The notes: generated by a model from the sequence alone, not told the origin. A stretch of 64,000 bases of DNA from Candidatus Falkowbacteria bacterium (GCA_026396875.1 JAPLVY010000004.1:83163-147162); one strand, 5' to 3'; counted from the stretch's first letter, positions 30,661 to 39,751 are shown. Program-made: numbers and translations.

Positions 30661-31932
30661 CTAGAATTTTCCAGTACTGCCAAAGCTCCCGTTTTTTCTG
30701 TCGGTCTCATCTTCTATCTTTGATTCAGTCATTTTTACTTGGCCGATCTCTTGGATGATTATTTGGGCAACTTTTTGTCCTTCAGTGATATGAAAAAAAT
30801 CTTCAGTTAGGTTTTTGGCCACTACGATTATTTCTCCCCGGTAATCAGCATCAATCACTCCCCCCATAGTTTTCAGTCCTTGGGCGGCGAGACCGCTTTT
30901 GTCCCAAATCAAACCAGCGAAACCGGCAGGGATAGCCATTTTGATACCCGTATTGATTTTTACTTGGCCGTAAGGAGGAATAGAATAATTTTCGCTAGCA
31001 AATAAGTCGTAGCCAGCATCATTGGGATGTGCTCTGTCTGGAATCTTGGCCTCTGGTTTTAATTTCTCCACCAATACTTTCTGGCTCTCAATTTTTTTAA
31101 CAGGTTCTTCAGCTATTTCGTTAATTACTTCTACTACTATATCTTCCTTCTTCTCTTCTTGATTAATCACTGCGCTGAAAGCCTGGCGATGATTTTTGGT
31201 AATGATGTCGGCAACTCCAGTAAAACCTGGGACTTTTTTGACATTTTCCGCTTTTAACATTTGAGAGACATAAATCCAAATCAGAAAACCGATTTCTTCG
31301 CGGTCCATGATGCTTCCTTCACTGGTGCAGTTTACTAAGCGGTAATTATGGTTGCTTTCAGCAATCTCGCAATAAACCAGCTCCGCTTTTTTTAGATGTT
31401 CCAGATTTTCCTCGTGGATATCTCTTTTTTTGCCGCTCCAATCTTCTCGTCCACGATCTTTGGCGAGTTGCTGGGCAATTTCTGCGCTCACTCGCAAGAC
31501 CAAGCATAGGTCGGGGCGGGGAATCTTTAGGATGTCATGCTCTAATTCGGCCAGCCAATTAAAAAACACCTTTCTTTCTAGGGGATTATCCACCTTTCCT
31601 CCCTGGTGAGCCATGTTAGAGGAAGTATAGCGATTGCAGAGAACTATTTTGCCTTCGTCGAGCCACTTTCTGATTTGCTGACTGGCGTCGTAACGGTCAA
31701 CGGCATAAAAAATTGAAGCTTGATAAGGAGTGACTTCGTTAGCGCTGCCATATTTTCCGGAAAGATATTCCTCTACCATGCCGGCAGATTTTTGATTGTA
31801 TTGTGGAAAATCAGCAATAGCCACACCAAAACCTTCTGCTTCCAGTTTTTCTTGAAGCAGTTTGAGCTGGGTGGTTTTTCCGGACCCATCGGTTCCGTCA
31901 ATGACTATCAGTCGTCCTCGTTCTTTTTCCAT
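30661..31932 (-). CDS. tmk-dut: fusion protein: thymidylate kinase (N) + dUTP diphosphatase (C)
   Basis: N-terminus has the Tmk P-loop 'IVIDGTDGSGKTTQ'. C-terminus has Dut motifs 'NDAGYDL', 'GVIDADYRGEI' and 'NGSFGSTGKF'. An acidic linker of roughly 60 aa joins them. Confidence 0.85.
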   Translation of the reverse strand: MEKERGRLIVIDGTDGSGKTTQLKLLQEKLEAEGFGVAIADFPQYNQKSAGMVEEYLSGKYGSANEVTPYQASIFYAVDRYDASQQIRKWLDEGKIVLCNRYTSSNMAHQGGKVDNPLERKVFFNWLAELEHDILKIPRPDLCLVLRVSAEIAQQLAKDRGREDWSGKKRDIHEENLEHLKKAELVYCEIAESNHNYRLVNCTSEGSIMDREEIGFLIWIYVSQMLKAENVKKVPGFTGVADIITKNHRQAFSAVINQEEKKEDIVVEVINEIAEEPVKKIESQKVLVEKLKPEAKIPDRAHPNDAGYDLFASENYSIPPYGQVKINTGIKMAIPAGFAGLIWDKSGLAAQGLKTMGGVIDADYRGEIIVVAKNLTEDFFHITEGQKVAQIIIQEIGQVKMTESKIEDETDRKNGSFGSTGKF

Positions 31933-31938
31933 AGTTTT

Positions 31939-32493
31939 TTATCTTCTCAAATTATCCAGTAGCTTGTCAACGTCAGCGCGCAGTTCTTCTAGGGAATTAT
32001 TATTTTGGAGGTGAACTTTGGCATGGGCCATTACTCCGGGAATAGTTAGTTCAGTTTCTGCTTGAGAATCTTTTTGAAAATCAGCAAAACTTTTTTCTCC
32101 GTCACCAGCATTCTCGTTACGCTTAATCATCCTTTCATAACGCAGTTTCTCGTCAGCATCGATTGATACTAGGGTAAATCCTGGCAATTTTTCTAGGTAT
32201 TCAATGTCGGCGTTTCTTCTGATGCCATCAATAATTATTAATTCATGAATATCATTCTTCACGTCTTCAGTTAGCACCTTGGCCAGCAAATCTTCACCAA
32301 AACGCTGGCGCAAAATTGTTGAAATATCCTGAATATTAGTGCGACTCTGTTCGACATGCATCCGATCAAGCAAGTCTCTGAGCATGGTTGAAAAACGATG
32401 TTCAGTAGCGCCATATTTTTCTTGCAAGTACTTCTTAGCTTCGCCCTTGCCACTAGCCATTGGACCAACTAGGCCGATGATGATTTTTTCCAT
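31939..32493 (-). CDS. P-loop nucleotide kinase (dephospho-CoA kinase / dNMP kinase-like)
   Basis: Start at 'MEKIIIGLVGPMASGKG' (rc ATG 32491-32493). The track start at 32535 would overlap thyX. Confidence 0.55.
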   Translation of the reverse strand: MEKIIIGLVGPMASGKGEAKKYLQEKYGATEHRFSTMLRDLLDRMHVEQSRTNIQDISTILRQRFGEDLLAKVLTEDVKNDIHELIIIDGIRRNADIEYLEKLPGFTLVSIDADEKLRYERMIKRNENAGDGEKSFADFQKDSQAETELTIPGVMAHAKVHLQNNNSLEELRADVDKLLDNLRR

Positions 32494-32497
32494 AAGA

Positions 32498-33787
32498 TTA
32501 TTTATTGCTAATATCGTGAAGACCGCGACGCACATCCCAGTCGTCCAAATCTAAATCGCAGTGCATGGCAACTTCCGGTAGATTATCTTGTAGAGCGTGA
32601 AACATTTTGTGAGCCACACGGCGCAAGCTAGGATGTACAGTTTTTCCAGAACGTAATTCGGTAATATAAACGGCAGAGGGCAGAGGGCAAGTAAATTTAC
32701 AAAACACGTTGAATCCCATGGCAATATAGTATTGTTTGATTTCCGGACCAGTGCCCAGTTGATCAACGGCTGTTTTTTGCTCCTGAATAAGTTTTTCCGC
32801 TTCCGATCGTAAATCTTCTGGCAACTGCTCTAAATACCAAGCCTGGAAGCCAAGCTCGGTGGTCAAAAGAGGCATGCGGTTATTGGCGCTGCGATGGCGT
32901 TGAATATCTCGATAGGAACCGAAGTCCAAGAGGAATTCAAAGGTACAATTTCCTAAATCGCCGATGAAATATGGCAAATTGGTTTTTATTGGTCTATTTT
33001 CCAAGAGTTCTGAGTATTTTTTTAGCTCTTCGCGCTTGATATCGGAATAAAACTTGAATTCTTGAGGATTTTCTGGGGCAAAATAGCTATATTTTTCTGC
33101 CATTTCGGCGCGATAAGCTTCCTGCTCAGGATAGTTTGGATGGGAAAAACTATTTTCGTATTTAACTTTTAACTTTTCGAGAATTTCTTCAGCGATTTCT
33201 CTGGCTTCTTTTAGGGGGTGATGGCGCATCAAAGCCAGTTTGTCCCAGGCTTGGCGCAAATTGGTGTGCCAACTTAGTTGAGTAGTAATACCAGTGGGAA
33301 GAAAACCACGCATAATATCAAAACAGCGGGCATTGATGGCTTTGAGGTAGACTTTCTCGTCCTCACCTTCTTTGAGAGGATATTTTTCGATTAAAAATGG
33401 CTTTAGTCTTTCTTGACCGCCAATGTAGAAGTCCATCCAGCGCTTCAAAATAGCGCCAGATCTTTCGTTAGCTAGTGGATCGACGATTGCCTGCTTAGCC
33501 ATGTCGATATAGCGAGTGCTAGTTTCTTGCCCACTATAGAGAGGCCAGTCTTGAATGATTTTGTCAGCCAGAATACTTATTCCTTCAATAAAAATGGTGG
33601 TGCTACCACAATCAGCGATTGAGGAATGTCCGTAGCCAACGTAAAAAGTGGACATGAATTTTCCCGAACCACTTTGACGGACTTTCTCCACGTGTTCTTC
33701 GACGCTTTGTGGACTGCGAGAATATAGGGCCTGCATCATCGCGGAATCTTCTGGTCCGAATTCATCATAGACAAAAATCTTTTTCAT
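32498..33787 (-). CDS. thyX: FAD-dependent thymidylate synthase ThyX-like, long (429 aa) form
   Basis: 'GYGHSSIADCGS...IEGISILA', 'ETSTRY', 'NLRQAWDKLALMRHH', and 'YRDIQRHRSANN' (the ThyX RHR motif). Confidence 0.7.
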   Translation of the reverse strand: MKKIFVYDEFGPEDSAMMQALYSRSPQSVEEHVEKVRQSGSGKFMSTFYVGYGHSSIADCGSTTIFIEGISILADKIIQDWPLYSGQETSTRYIDMAKQAIVDPLANERSGAILKRWMDFYIGGQERLKPFLIEKYPLKEGEDEKVYLKAINARCFDIMRGFLPTGITTQLSWHTNLRQAWDKLALMRHHPLKEAREIAEEILEKLKVKYENSFSHPNYPEQEAYRAEMAEKYSYFAPENPQEFKFYSDIKREELKKYSELLENRPIKTNLPYFIGDLGNCTFEFLLDFGSYRDIQRHRSANNRMPLLTTELGFQAWYLEQLPEDLRSEAEKLIQEQKTAVDQLGTGPEIKQYYIAMGFNVFCKFTCPLPSAVYITELRSGKTVHPSLRRVAHKMFHALQDNLPEVAMHCDLDLDDWDVRRGLHDISNK

Positions 33788-33791
33788 ATGT

Positions 33792-34292
33792 TTAGCTTAT
33801 TTTCATGTCTTTATAAGTAGTCATTTCTTCAGATAGAAGAATCAATTCCAATCCGGCCTCCTTAAATATTTCTTTACTGCGGATACTAGCGTGATAATCT
33901 TGAGCGCACACCACCTTTTTTATGCCAGCATTAATAATCATTTTGGCGCAGGTATAACAGGGAGTCATCTTGCAATACAAGGTGCTTCCGTCAATAGAAA
34001 TTCCCATGCGAGCAGCTTCGCAGATGGCGTTTTGTTCGGCATGAGTGGTGCGAATGCAATGCCTGGTGACATCGCCGTTTTCGTGAGTCACAGTATGCAT
34101 TTCGTGGCCGACTTCATCACAGTGAGGTGAACCACAAGGTGACCCAACATAACCAGTGGCGACGATGCGGCGATCTTTAGCGATAATGCAACCGGCGCGA
34201 CCACGATCGCAGGAACCCCGCGAACCGACCATTTCGGCAATTGCGATAAAATACTCATCCCATGATGGGCGCTGATAATTGTTTTCAGACAT
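33792..34292 (-). CDS. dCMP deaminase (ComEB-type)
   Basis: Zinc motifs 'HAEQNAI' and 'PCYTCAKMII'. Confidence 0.9.
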   Translation of the reverse strand: MSENNYQRPSWDEYFIAIAEMVGSRGSCDRGRAGCIIAKDRRIVATGYVGSPCGSPHCDEVGHEMHTVTHENGDVTRHCIRTTHAEQNAICEAARMGISIDGSTLYCKMTPCYTCAKMIINAGIKKVVCAQDYHASIRSKEIFKEAGLELILLSEEMTTYKDMKIS

Positions 34293-34472
34293 AAAATTAA
34301 ATCAACCCCTCCTTGGTTGATTTTTATCTGTTAATTAGAACGAAGTTTTTGTCCCTTCTATTATATTCCATTCTGGGGAATTGATAAATATTGACGAAAT
34401 CAGTTTTTATGGCTTTTCTGGTGTTTGCTTTTTCGCTAAAAAAAGGTTAAAATAAAGGGAAATTCAGAAATT

Positions 34473-34700
34473 ATGAAGGTTTATAAAATCAAGGTCATAA
34501 CCGGGGCAGCAAAGACGGAAATTTTTGGATATTTGGCTGATGGAACCATGAAGCTCAAAGTAGCTGCTATTCCGGAAGACGGTAAGGCTAATAAAGTTCT
34601 AACTAATTTCTTAGCCAAGGAATTTGGTGTCAAAAAAGATCAGATCGAAATAATCAGTGGTGCAAGCAGTAGAACAAAACTAGTCAGAGTCAACGATTAA
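34473..34700 (+). CDS. DUF167/YggU-family protein
   Basis: 75 aa. 'KLKVAAIPEDGKANKVLTNFLAKEFGVKKDQIEIISGASSRTKLVRV'. Confidence 0.65.
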   Translation: MKVYKIKVITGAAKTEIFGYLADGTMKLKVAAIPEDGKANKVLTNFLAKEFGVKKDQIEIISGASSRTKLVRVND

Positions 34701-34704
34701 TCCT

Positions 34705-35544
34705 ATGAAACTATCAATAATCATCGTTTCCTATAATGTAAATCACAAACTGCGAGCTAATTTGCAGGCGATTTTTTCATCAGTTAATGCGCCAGAATTT
34801 GAAGTTTTTGTGATAGACAATAATTCTTCCGATGGTAGCGCAGTAATGGTTGGGAGTGAATTTCCGCAAGTTACACTCATCGCTAATACTGATAATCTTG
34901 GCTTTGCCAAAGCCAACAATCAAGCAATTAAGTTGGCGAAAGGAGAATTTATCCTGCTTCTTAATCCGGATATGCTGGTTACCCCGGAAACTCTTGCCGA
35001 AGCCGTTTCTGCCGCTCAAGAAAGGCCAGAGGCGGTGGTTTCTAGTATTAAGTTGGTAGACGAGAAAGGTGAGATTATTCCGCACATCAGACGTTTTCCT
35101 CAGTTATTTGACCAATTAATGGTGATTTTGAAGATTCCACATTTATTTCCCGGAGTTTTAAATAGTTATCTAGATAAAAAATTTGATTATCAAAAAGAGG
35201 CTGCCGTTGATTCGGTACGCGGCGCTTTTTTCTTAATCAACTGCAAGGCTTGGCAAAAAATTTCTGGCGAGAAGAAACCATTTTTGGATGAGCGCTATTT
35301 TATCTGGTTTGAAGAGGTTGATTTTTGCCGACAAGTGAGAGAGAAGGGCGGAGAAATTTGGTATTTTCCGAGCGCCTCTTGCTTGGATTATGTCGGCGCC
35401 AGCTTTTCGCAAGTCAATCGGAGCATTAAGCAGCAATATTTTCGAGATTCCATGTTAAAATATTTTGCCAAATGGCATAGTAATTTTGCGCTTACTATTC
35501 TCAGTGCTTCTTGGCGCTTGGTTAATTTGTTTATCAAAAAATAA
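34705..35544 (+). CDS. family-2 glycosyltransferase
   Basis: 'LSIIIVSYN', 'VIDNNSSDGS', 'NLGFAKANN', 'LLNPDM'. Confidence 0.85.
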   Translation: MKLSIIIVSYNVNHKLRANLQAIFSSVNAPEFEVFVIDNNSSDGSAVMVGSEFPQVTLIANTDNLGFAKANNQAIKLAKGEFILLLNPDMLVTPETLAEAVSAAQERPEAVVSSIKLVDEKGEIIPHIRRFPQLFDQLMVILKIPHLFPGVLNSYLDKKFDYQKEAAVDSVRGAFFLINCKAWQKISGEKKPFLDERYFIWFEEVDFCRQVREKGGEIWYFPSASCLDYVGASFSQVNRSIKQQYFRDSMLKYFAKWHSNFALTILSASWRLVNLFIKK

Positions 35545-36618
35545 ATGAAGAAAGTTGGCATTGTCTTAATTAATTATCACGACTACGCGCAAAAATTTTT
35601 AATTCCTTGTCGCGATGCTTTGCGTTCTCAAGATTATCCCAAGGAGTTGGTAAATATTTATTTAATAGACAATGCTTCCTCCGAAGATAGCTGCAACTTT
35701 TTAAAAAACACCTATTCCGAGGCTATGGTTTTGCCTCGTATTGACGGTAATTACTGCGCTGCTTCCAATCTAGGCTTCAAACAAGCCGACAGAGACGGCT
35801 GTGAATATCTCGTTGCCTTGAACATGGATACGGAGGTCCAGCCCGGTTGGTTGGAAAAATTAGTTGAGGCGCTAGAAAAAAATCCTGACGCCGCAATTGC
35901 TCAGTCGTTGATTTATCTGGCACCAAAAACCGAGGCAGAAAAGTTAACTCCACGACTGAATACGGCCGGTAATGTGATCAACTTTCTATTTTTTGGTTTC
36001 ACCAGTTTTTACGGTCAGTCTTTCTTAAGAAGCGGCATTAGCAAGGATTCTTATCCAGAAATCAGCTATCCATCTGGTTGTTCATTTATTATTAGACGAG
36101 AAGTTTTTGAAGAGATCGGTGGCTATAATGAAGATTATTACATGTACCACGATGATTTGAGTCTGGGGCTAAAAGCTCATCTTTTGGGTTGGAAAATTAT
36201 TTTAGCACCACTGTCCACTGTATTTCACAAATATCAATTTGGCAGAAACAAAAGAAACTTCTATTATTTGGAACGCAATCGTCATCTAGTGTATCGCGCC
36301 TTTTATTCACGGCGTGCTCGCATGGTCTTGTTTCCAGCTTTTTGGTTAATGGATTTCGGTTTATTGCTTTTTTCAATTCCCGGCGGTTGGTTTGAAGTTA
36401 AATGGAAATTATATCGCGAATTAGCTTCCAAAAATTTTGCCAAACAAATTCAAAGAGAGCGGGACAATTTCTTAAAAGTTGCCAAAGTTAAACAAAAAAT
36501 TATCGCGAAAAATTTTTCGGGGCAGGTTCAATTTGCGGAGATTGATAATTTCGTCCTAAAATACCTAGTGAACCCAGCATTCAATGCGTATTGGAAAATC
36601 GTCAAAAAAATCATTTGA
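35545..36618 (+). CDS. family-2 glycosyltransferase
   Basis: 'VGIVLINYH', 'LIDNASSE', 'YMYHDDLSLG'. The start abuts the previous stop. Confidence 0.8.
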   Translation: MKKVGIVLINYHDYAQKFLIPCRDALRSQDYPKELVNIYLIDNASSEDSCNFLKNTYSEAMVLPRIDGNYCAASNLGFKQADRDGCEYLVALNMDTEVQPGWLEKLVEALEKNPDAAIAQSLIYLAPKTEAEKLTPRLNTAGNVINFLFFGFTSFYGQSFLRSGISKDSYPEISYPSGCSFIIRREVFEEIGGYNEDYYMYHDDLSLGLKAHLLGWKIILAPLSTVFHKYQFGRNKRNFYYLERNRHLVYRAFYSRRARMVLFPAFWLMDFGLLLFSIPGGWFEVKWKLYRELASKNFAKQIQRERDNFLKVAKVKQKIIAKNFSGQVQFAEIDNFVLKYLVNPAFNAYWKIVKKII

Positions 36619-36619
36619 T

Positions 36620-37402
36620 ATGGACTTATCTATTATTATTGTTAACTATCTTAGCAAGGACAAATTAGCCAATTGTTTGCGCTCAATTTCTGAAGCCGAT
36701 ACCAGCGGTATTTCTTTCGAGGCGATCATTGTGGAAAATAACTCTGGTGAAGACTTGAAAGAATTAATCCAAAAATATAATTTTGCAAAATTAATTGTCA
36801 GTGAAAAGAATTTGGGCATGGGGGGCGGAAATAATTTGGGGGTGAAAAATTCAAGCGGTGAGCTAATTTTGATTTCCAATCCTGATATCGTTTTTAAAAA
36901 AGATTCATTGAAAGTTTTATTGACCGCATTCAGGGGGCAGCAAAATATTTCTCTGGCCGGACCAAGATTATTAAGCCCGGATGGCTCGTTGCAATATTCG
37001 TGTGCCCTTTTTCCTCGTTGGTATATGCCGATTTTGCGTCGTACGGTTTTGGGAAGATTATTTCCCCGGACGCTTGCTGATTTTTCCATGAAGGATTTTG
37101 ATCATCAAAAAAACATTGCCGTTGACTGGCTTTTTGGCGCCTGCTTCTTGGTTCGTCGCAGTGATTTCTCTGGTCAGGATTTGTTTGATGAAAGGTTCTT
37201 TATGTATTTTGAGGACACTGATCTCTGCCGAAGGATTTGGAGAAAAGGCAAAGAGGTGTGGTATATTGCCGAAGCAGAGGTATTTCATGATCATAAACGT
37301 GACAGTGCTAATAAAAATATTTTTACTAATCGTCTAATGCGCATTCACCTGAAATCCTGGTGGCAGTATTTTTTAAAGTGGGGATTTGGTGTAAGGCGTT
37401 AA
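36620..37402 (+). CDS. family-2 glycosyltransferase (rhamnosyltransferase-like)
   Basis: 'LSIIIVNYL', 'VENNSGED', 'NLGMGGGNN', 'ISNPDI', 'FFMYFEDTDLC'. ATG 36620 lies right after the previous TGA stop. Confidence 0.8.
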   Translation: MDLSIIIVNYLSKDKLANCLRSISEADTSGISFEAIIVENNSGEDLKELIQKYNFAKLIVSEKNLGMGGGNNLGVKNSSGELILISNPDIVFKKDSLKVLLTAFRGQQNISLAGPRLLSPDGSLQYSCALFPRWYMPILRRTVLGRLFPRTLADFSMKDFDHQKNIAVDWLFGACFLVRRSDFSGQDLFDERFFMYFEDTDLCRRIWRKGKEVWYIAEAEVFHDHKRDSANKNIFTNRLMRIHLKSWWQYFLKWGFGVRR

Positions 37403-37412
37403 ATTTATCAAT

Positions 37413-38297
37413 ATGAAAAAGATTAAAAAAGCGATTTTGCCGGTAGCTGGCTTTGGAACGAGGTTTTTGCCAGCGACCAAGGCTCAGCCGAAAGAAATGC
37501 TCCCGATTGTTGATAAGCCGGTTATTCAGTATCTGGTTGAAGAGGCGGTTAAGTCCGGAATTGAAGAAGTCGTTTTTGTCACCGGCCGCGGCAAAAGGGC
37601 AATTGAGGATCACTTTGATTATTCTTTTGAGCTGTCAAAGACTCTAGTAGAAAAAAATAAATTAGATTTAGTGAAGAAGGTGCAGGCGATTGAAAATCTC
37701 GCCAAGTTTTCTTATGTGCGCCAACCGATTCCCTTGGGAGACGGTCATGCTCTAAAGTGTGCTGCGCATTTAGTTGGTGACGACGAATCAGTACTCGTAA
37801 TGTTCGGTGATACTTTGTATGATTCAATTGTCCCGCCGTCAAAGCAAATAATTGATTTATATGAAAAATACGATGCGCCAGTAGTTGGTCTATCGGAAGT
37901 TGCCCCTGAAGATGTCAATAAATTTGGTGTCATTCGCGGTGAAGATTTGGGTGACGGTAATTTTTTAATCAAAGAGTTTGTGGAGAAGCCGGCAGTCGGC
38001 GAGGCACCATCAAACTTGGCAGCGGTCGGCCTTTACGTGATTACTCCAGAAATTTTTCGGATTCTCGGCACCATGGAGTCAGGAAAATCTGGTGAATTTC
38101 GCTTAGCGGACGCTTTTGATATTCTGCTTGCCAGTGGCAAGCCACTTTACGGAAAAAAGCTGGAAGGAGAGTGGTTGGACACCGGAAATAAATTTAATTT
38201 TATCAAAGCAACCTTGAAATTTGGCTTGAAGGATGAGGAGATTGGGAGTGATTTGAAAGATTTAATCATTAATCTAGCCAGTGATTTGAATAAATAA
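37413..38297 (+). CDS. galU: UTP--glucose-1-phosphate uridylyltransferase
   Basis: 'KAILPVAGFGTRFLPATKAQPKEMLPIVDKP', 'VEKP'. Confidence 0.9.
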   Translation: MKKIKKAILPVAGFGTRFLPATKAQPKEMLPIVDKPVIQYLVEEAVKSGIEEVVFVTGRGKRAIEDHFDYSFELSKTLVEKNKLDLVKKVQAIENLAKFSYVRQPIPLGDGHALKCAAHLVGDDESVLVMFGDTLYDSIVPPSKQIIDLYEKYDAPVVGLSEVAPEDVNKFGVIRGEDLGDGNFLIKEFVEKPAVGEAPSNLAAVGLYVITPEIFRILGTMESGKSGEFRLADAFDILLASGKPLYGKKLEGEWLDTGNKFNFIKATLKFGLKDEEIGSDLKDLIINLASDLNK

Positions 38298-38342
38298 AAT
38301 AATAAATATTTTTTAACAACAGAATAACAAAAGGAGGGCAAG

Positions 38343-38741
38343 ATGATAAAAGAATTTGTCGATCTTTGTGCTAGGCCATTTGCCCCTGAATGGTGGAGCG
38401 TGGAAGAACATCAACAACAAGGTTTCTGGGAGTTTAATCTCGCAAAAATTTCTCTTTACGTTTCCGAAAAAATAAGCAGCTGGGACGACTTGCGCAAGGA
38501 ACTTCTAGGCAAGCCGGCATTTAACGCCAACTTACTCGACCACTTGTTGGTCTATAAGGAATTGATTCCCGAGACTTGGAAAAAGATTAAAGTATTTTTC
38601 TGGGGGACGGTCTACCGATTTTTTGGTTCCGATTTGCGAGTGCGCTTTCTTTGTTGGGATGGCGCTGATTGGCAATGGGATTTTGCCTGGCTAAAGGACG
38701 TATTCGATGGTAATTGCCAAATGGCCTTACTAAAACTATAA
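38343..38741 (+). CDS. hypothetical protein, paralog A of an uncharacterised Trp-rich domain
   Basis: 132 aa with a strong SD (aaggaggg). The C-terminal ~70 aa align with the ORF at 39043. Confidence 0.55.
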   Translation: MIKEFVDLCARPFAPEWWSVEEHQQQGFWEFNLAKISLYVSEKISSWDDLRKELLGKPAFNANLLDHLLVYKELIPETWKKIKVFFWGTVYRFFGSDLRVRFLCWDGADWQWDFAWLKDVFDGNCQMALLKL

Positions 38742-38830
38742 ATAATTAGGCTTTATTTGTTTTTAGCAATATAAAGCCTTTTATTTTTGGCTAATATTGA
38801 AATAAATAATTTCAAAATCAAATCATTTAT

Positions 38831-38859
38831 TTGACATTTAATATAAATTGTGCTATAAT
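38831..38859 (+). promoter_or_regulatory. consensus sigma-70 promoter with extended -10
   Basis: TTGACA, 17 nt spacer (ending TGC), TATAAT; a perfect match to both hexamers. Confidence 0.7.
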
Positions 38860-39042
38860 TACCTTGTTAATTTGAAGAACTTTAAAATCAAAATAAAGTT
38901 TGCCACAGCAGAAAGTGACTAAAGATTTTTAGCAATTTTCTAATGTGGCAAAATCACGAAGATTAGCTCAACATTTTTATTATCAGCAACGTGTTTCTAA
39001 AAAATAAAAAGAAACGAAGTTGCTAAAAATGGAGGATTGACA

Positions 39043-39597
39043 ATGTCAACTTTTACAATTGGAGCAATGAACCAACTAGGGGATGCTCTGGAAAATGCCG
39101 GCTTCAGCGCCGAAGAAGTTACTAAACTGAAGCAGTTTAATAACTTAAAAGGAATCAGGGATATTTTAAATGGCCGTGCCGAGATCAAGTATCCTGAACA
39201 CTTAATTGACTGTGATTCCGCTCCCTTTGTGCCCGAAGGCTTTACCTTGGTTAGCCACAAGAAGGGCGGGATGTGGAAATGGAATCCAAGCGTTCCTTTC
39301 TATCTGTCCAAAAAACAGAAGAAAGGTGGATATTCCGTTGGTACTGATTTGCAGAAAGAATTAGAAGGTCAGCCGGTCCTAAACGCCAATGTTTTGGATT
39401 ATTTATTAGCTCACCCTGAGCTGATACCAGAATCCTGGAAAGGTAAAGCAATCTTTTTCTGGGGTACGATTTATCGCGACTCCAGTGGTAGCCTCTGCGT
39501 GCGTTACCTCCGCTGGAGTGGCAGTGAGTGGGGCTGGATCTACTACTACTTGGGCCTCGACTTCTACGGCAATGACCCCGCTGCCCTCGCAAGTTGA
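39043..39597 (+). CDS. hypothetical protein, paralog B of an uncharacterised Trp-rich domain
   Basis: ~184 aa. GGAGGA SD 6 nt upstream of ATG 39043. The C-terminus 'NANVLDYLLAHPELIPESWKGKAIFFWGTIYRDSSGSLCVRYLRWSGSEWGW' is paralogous to 38343..38741. Confidence 0.6.
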   Translation: MSTFTIGAMNQLGDALENAGFSAEEVTKLKQFNNLKGIRDILNGRAEIKYPEHLIDCDSAPFVPEGFTLVSHKKGGMWKWNPSVPFYLSKKQKKGGYSVGTDLQKELEGQPVLNANVLDYLLAHPELIPESWKGKAIFFWGTIYRDSSGSLCVRYLRWSGSEWGWIYYYLGLDFYGNDPAALAS

Positions 39598-39651
39598 TTC
39601 TTAGTTCTTTGATTTTAGCTATTTAGCTATTTGTTCTTTGAACTTTGTTCT

Positions 39652-39692
39652 CAAGCTCAGTTTACTTTTTAGTAAACTGAGCTTGTTTTTTT
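39652..39692 (+). terminator. rho-independent terminator (14-bp stem)
   Basis: caagctcagtttac / gtaaactgagcttg plus a T7 run. Confidence 0.85.
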
Positions 39693-39751
39693 ACCAAAAA
39701 ATGCGACTATTTGACTAGCCGCGTTTTTAAAAATATTTTTTTTGTTTTTGA

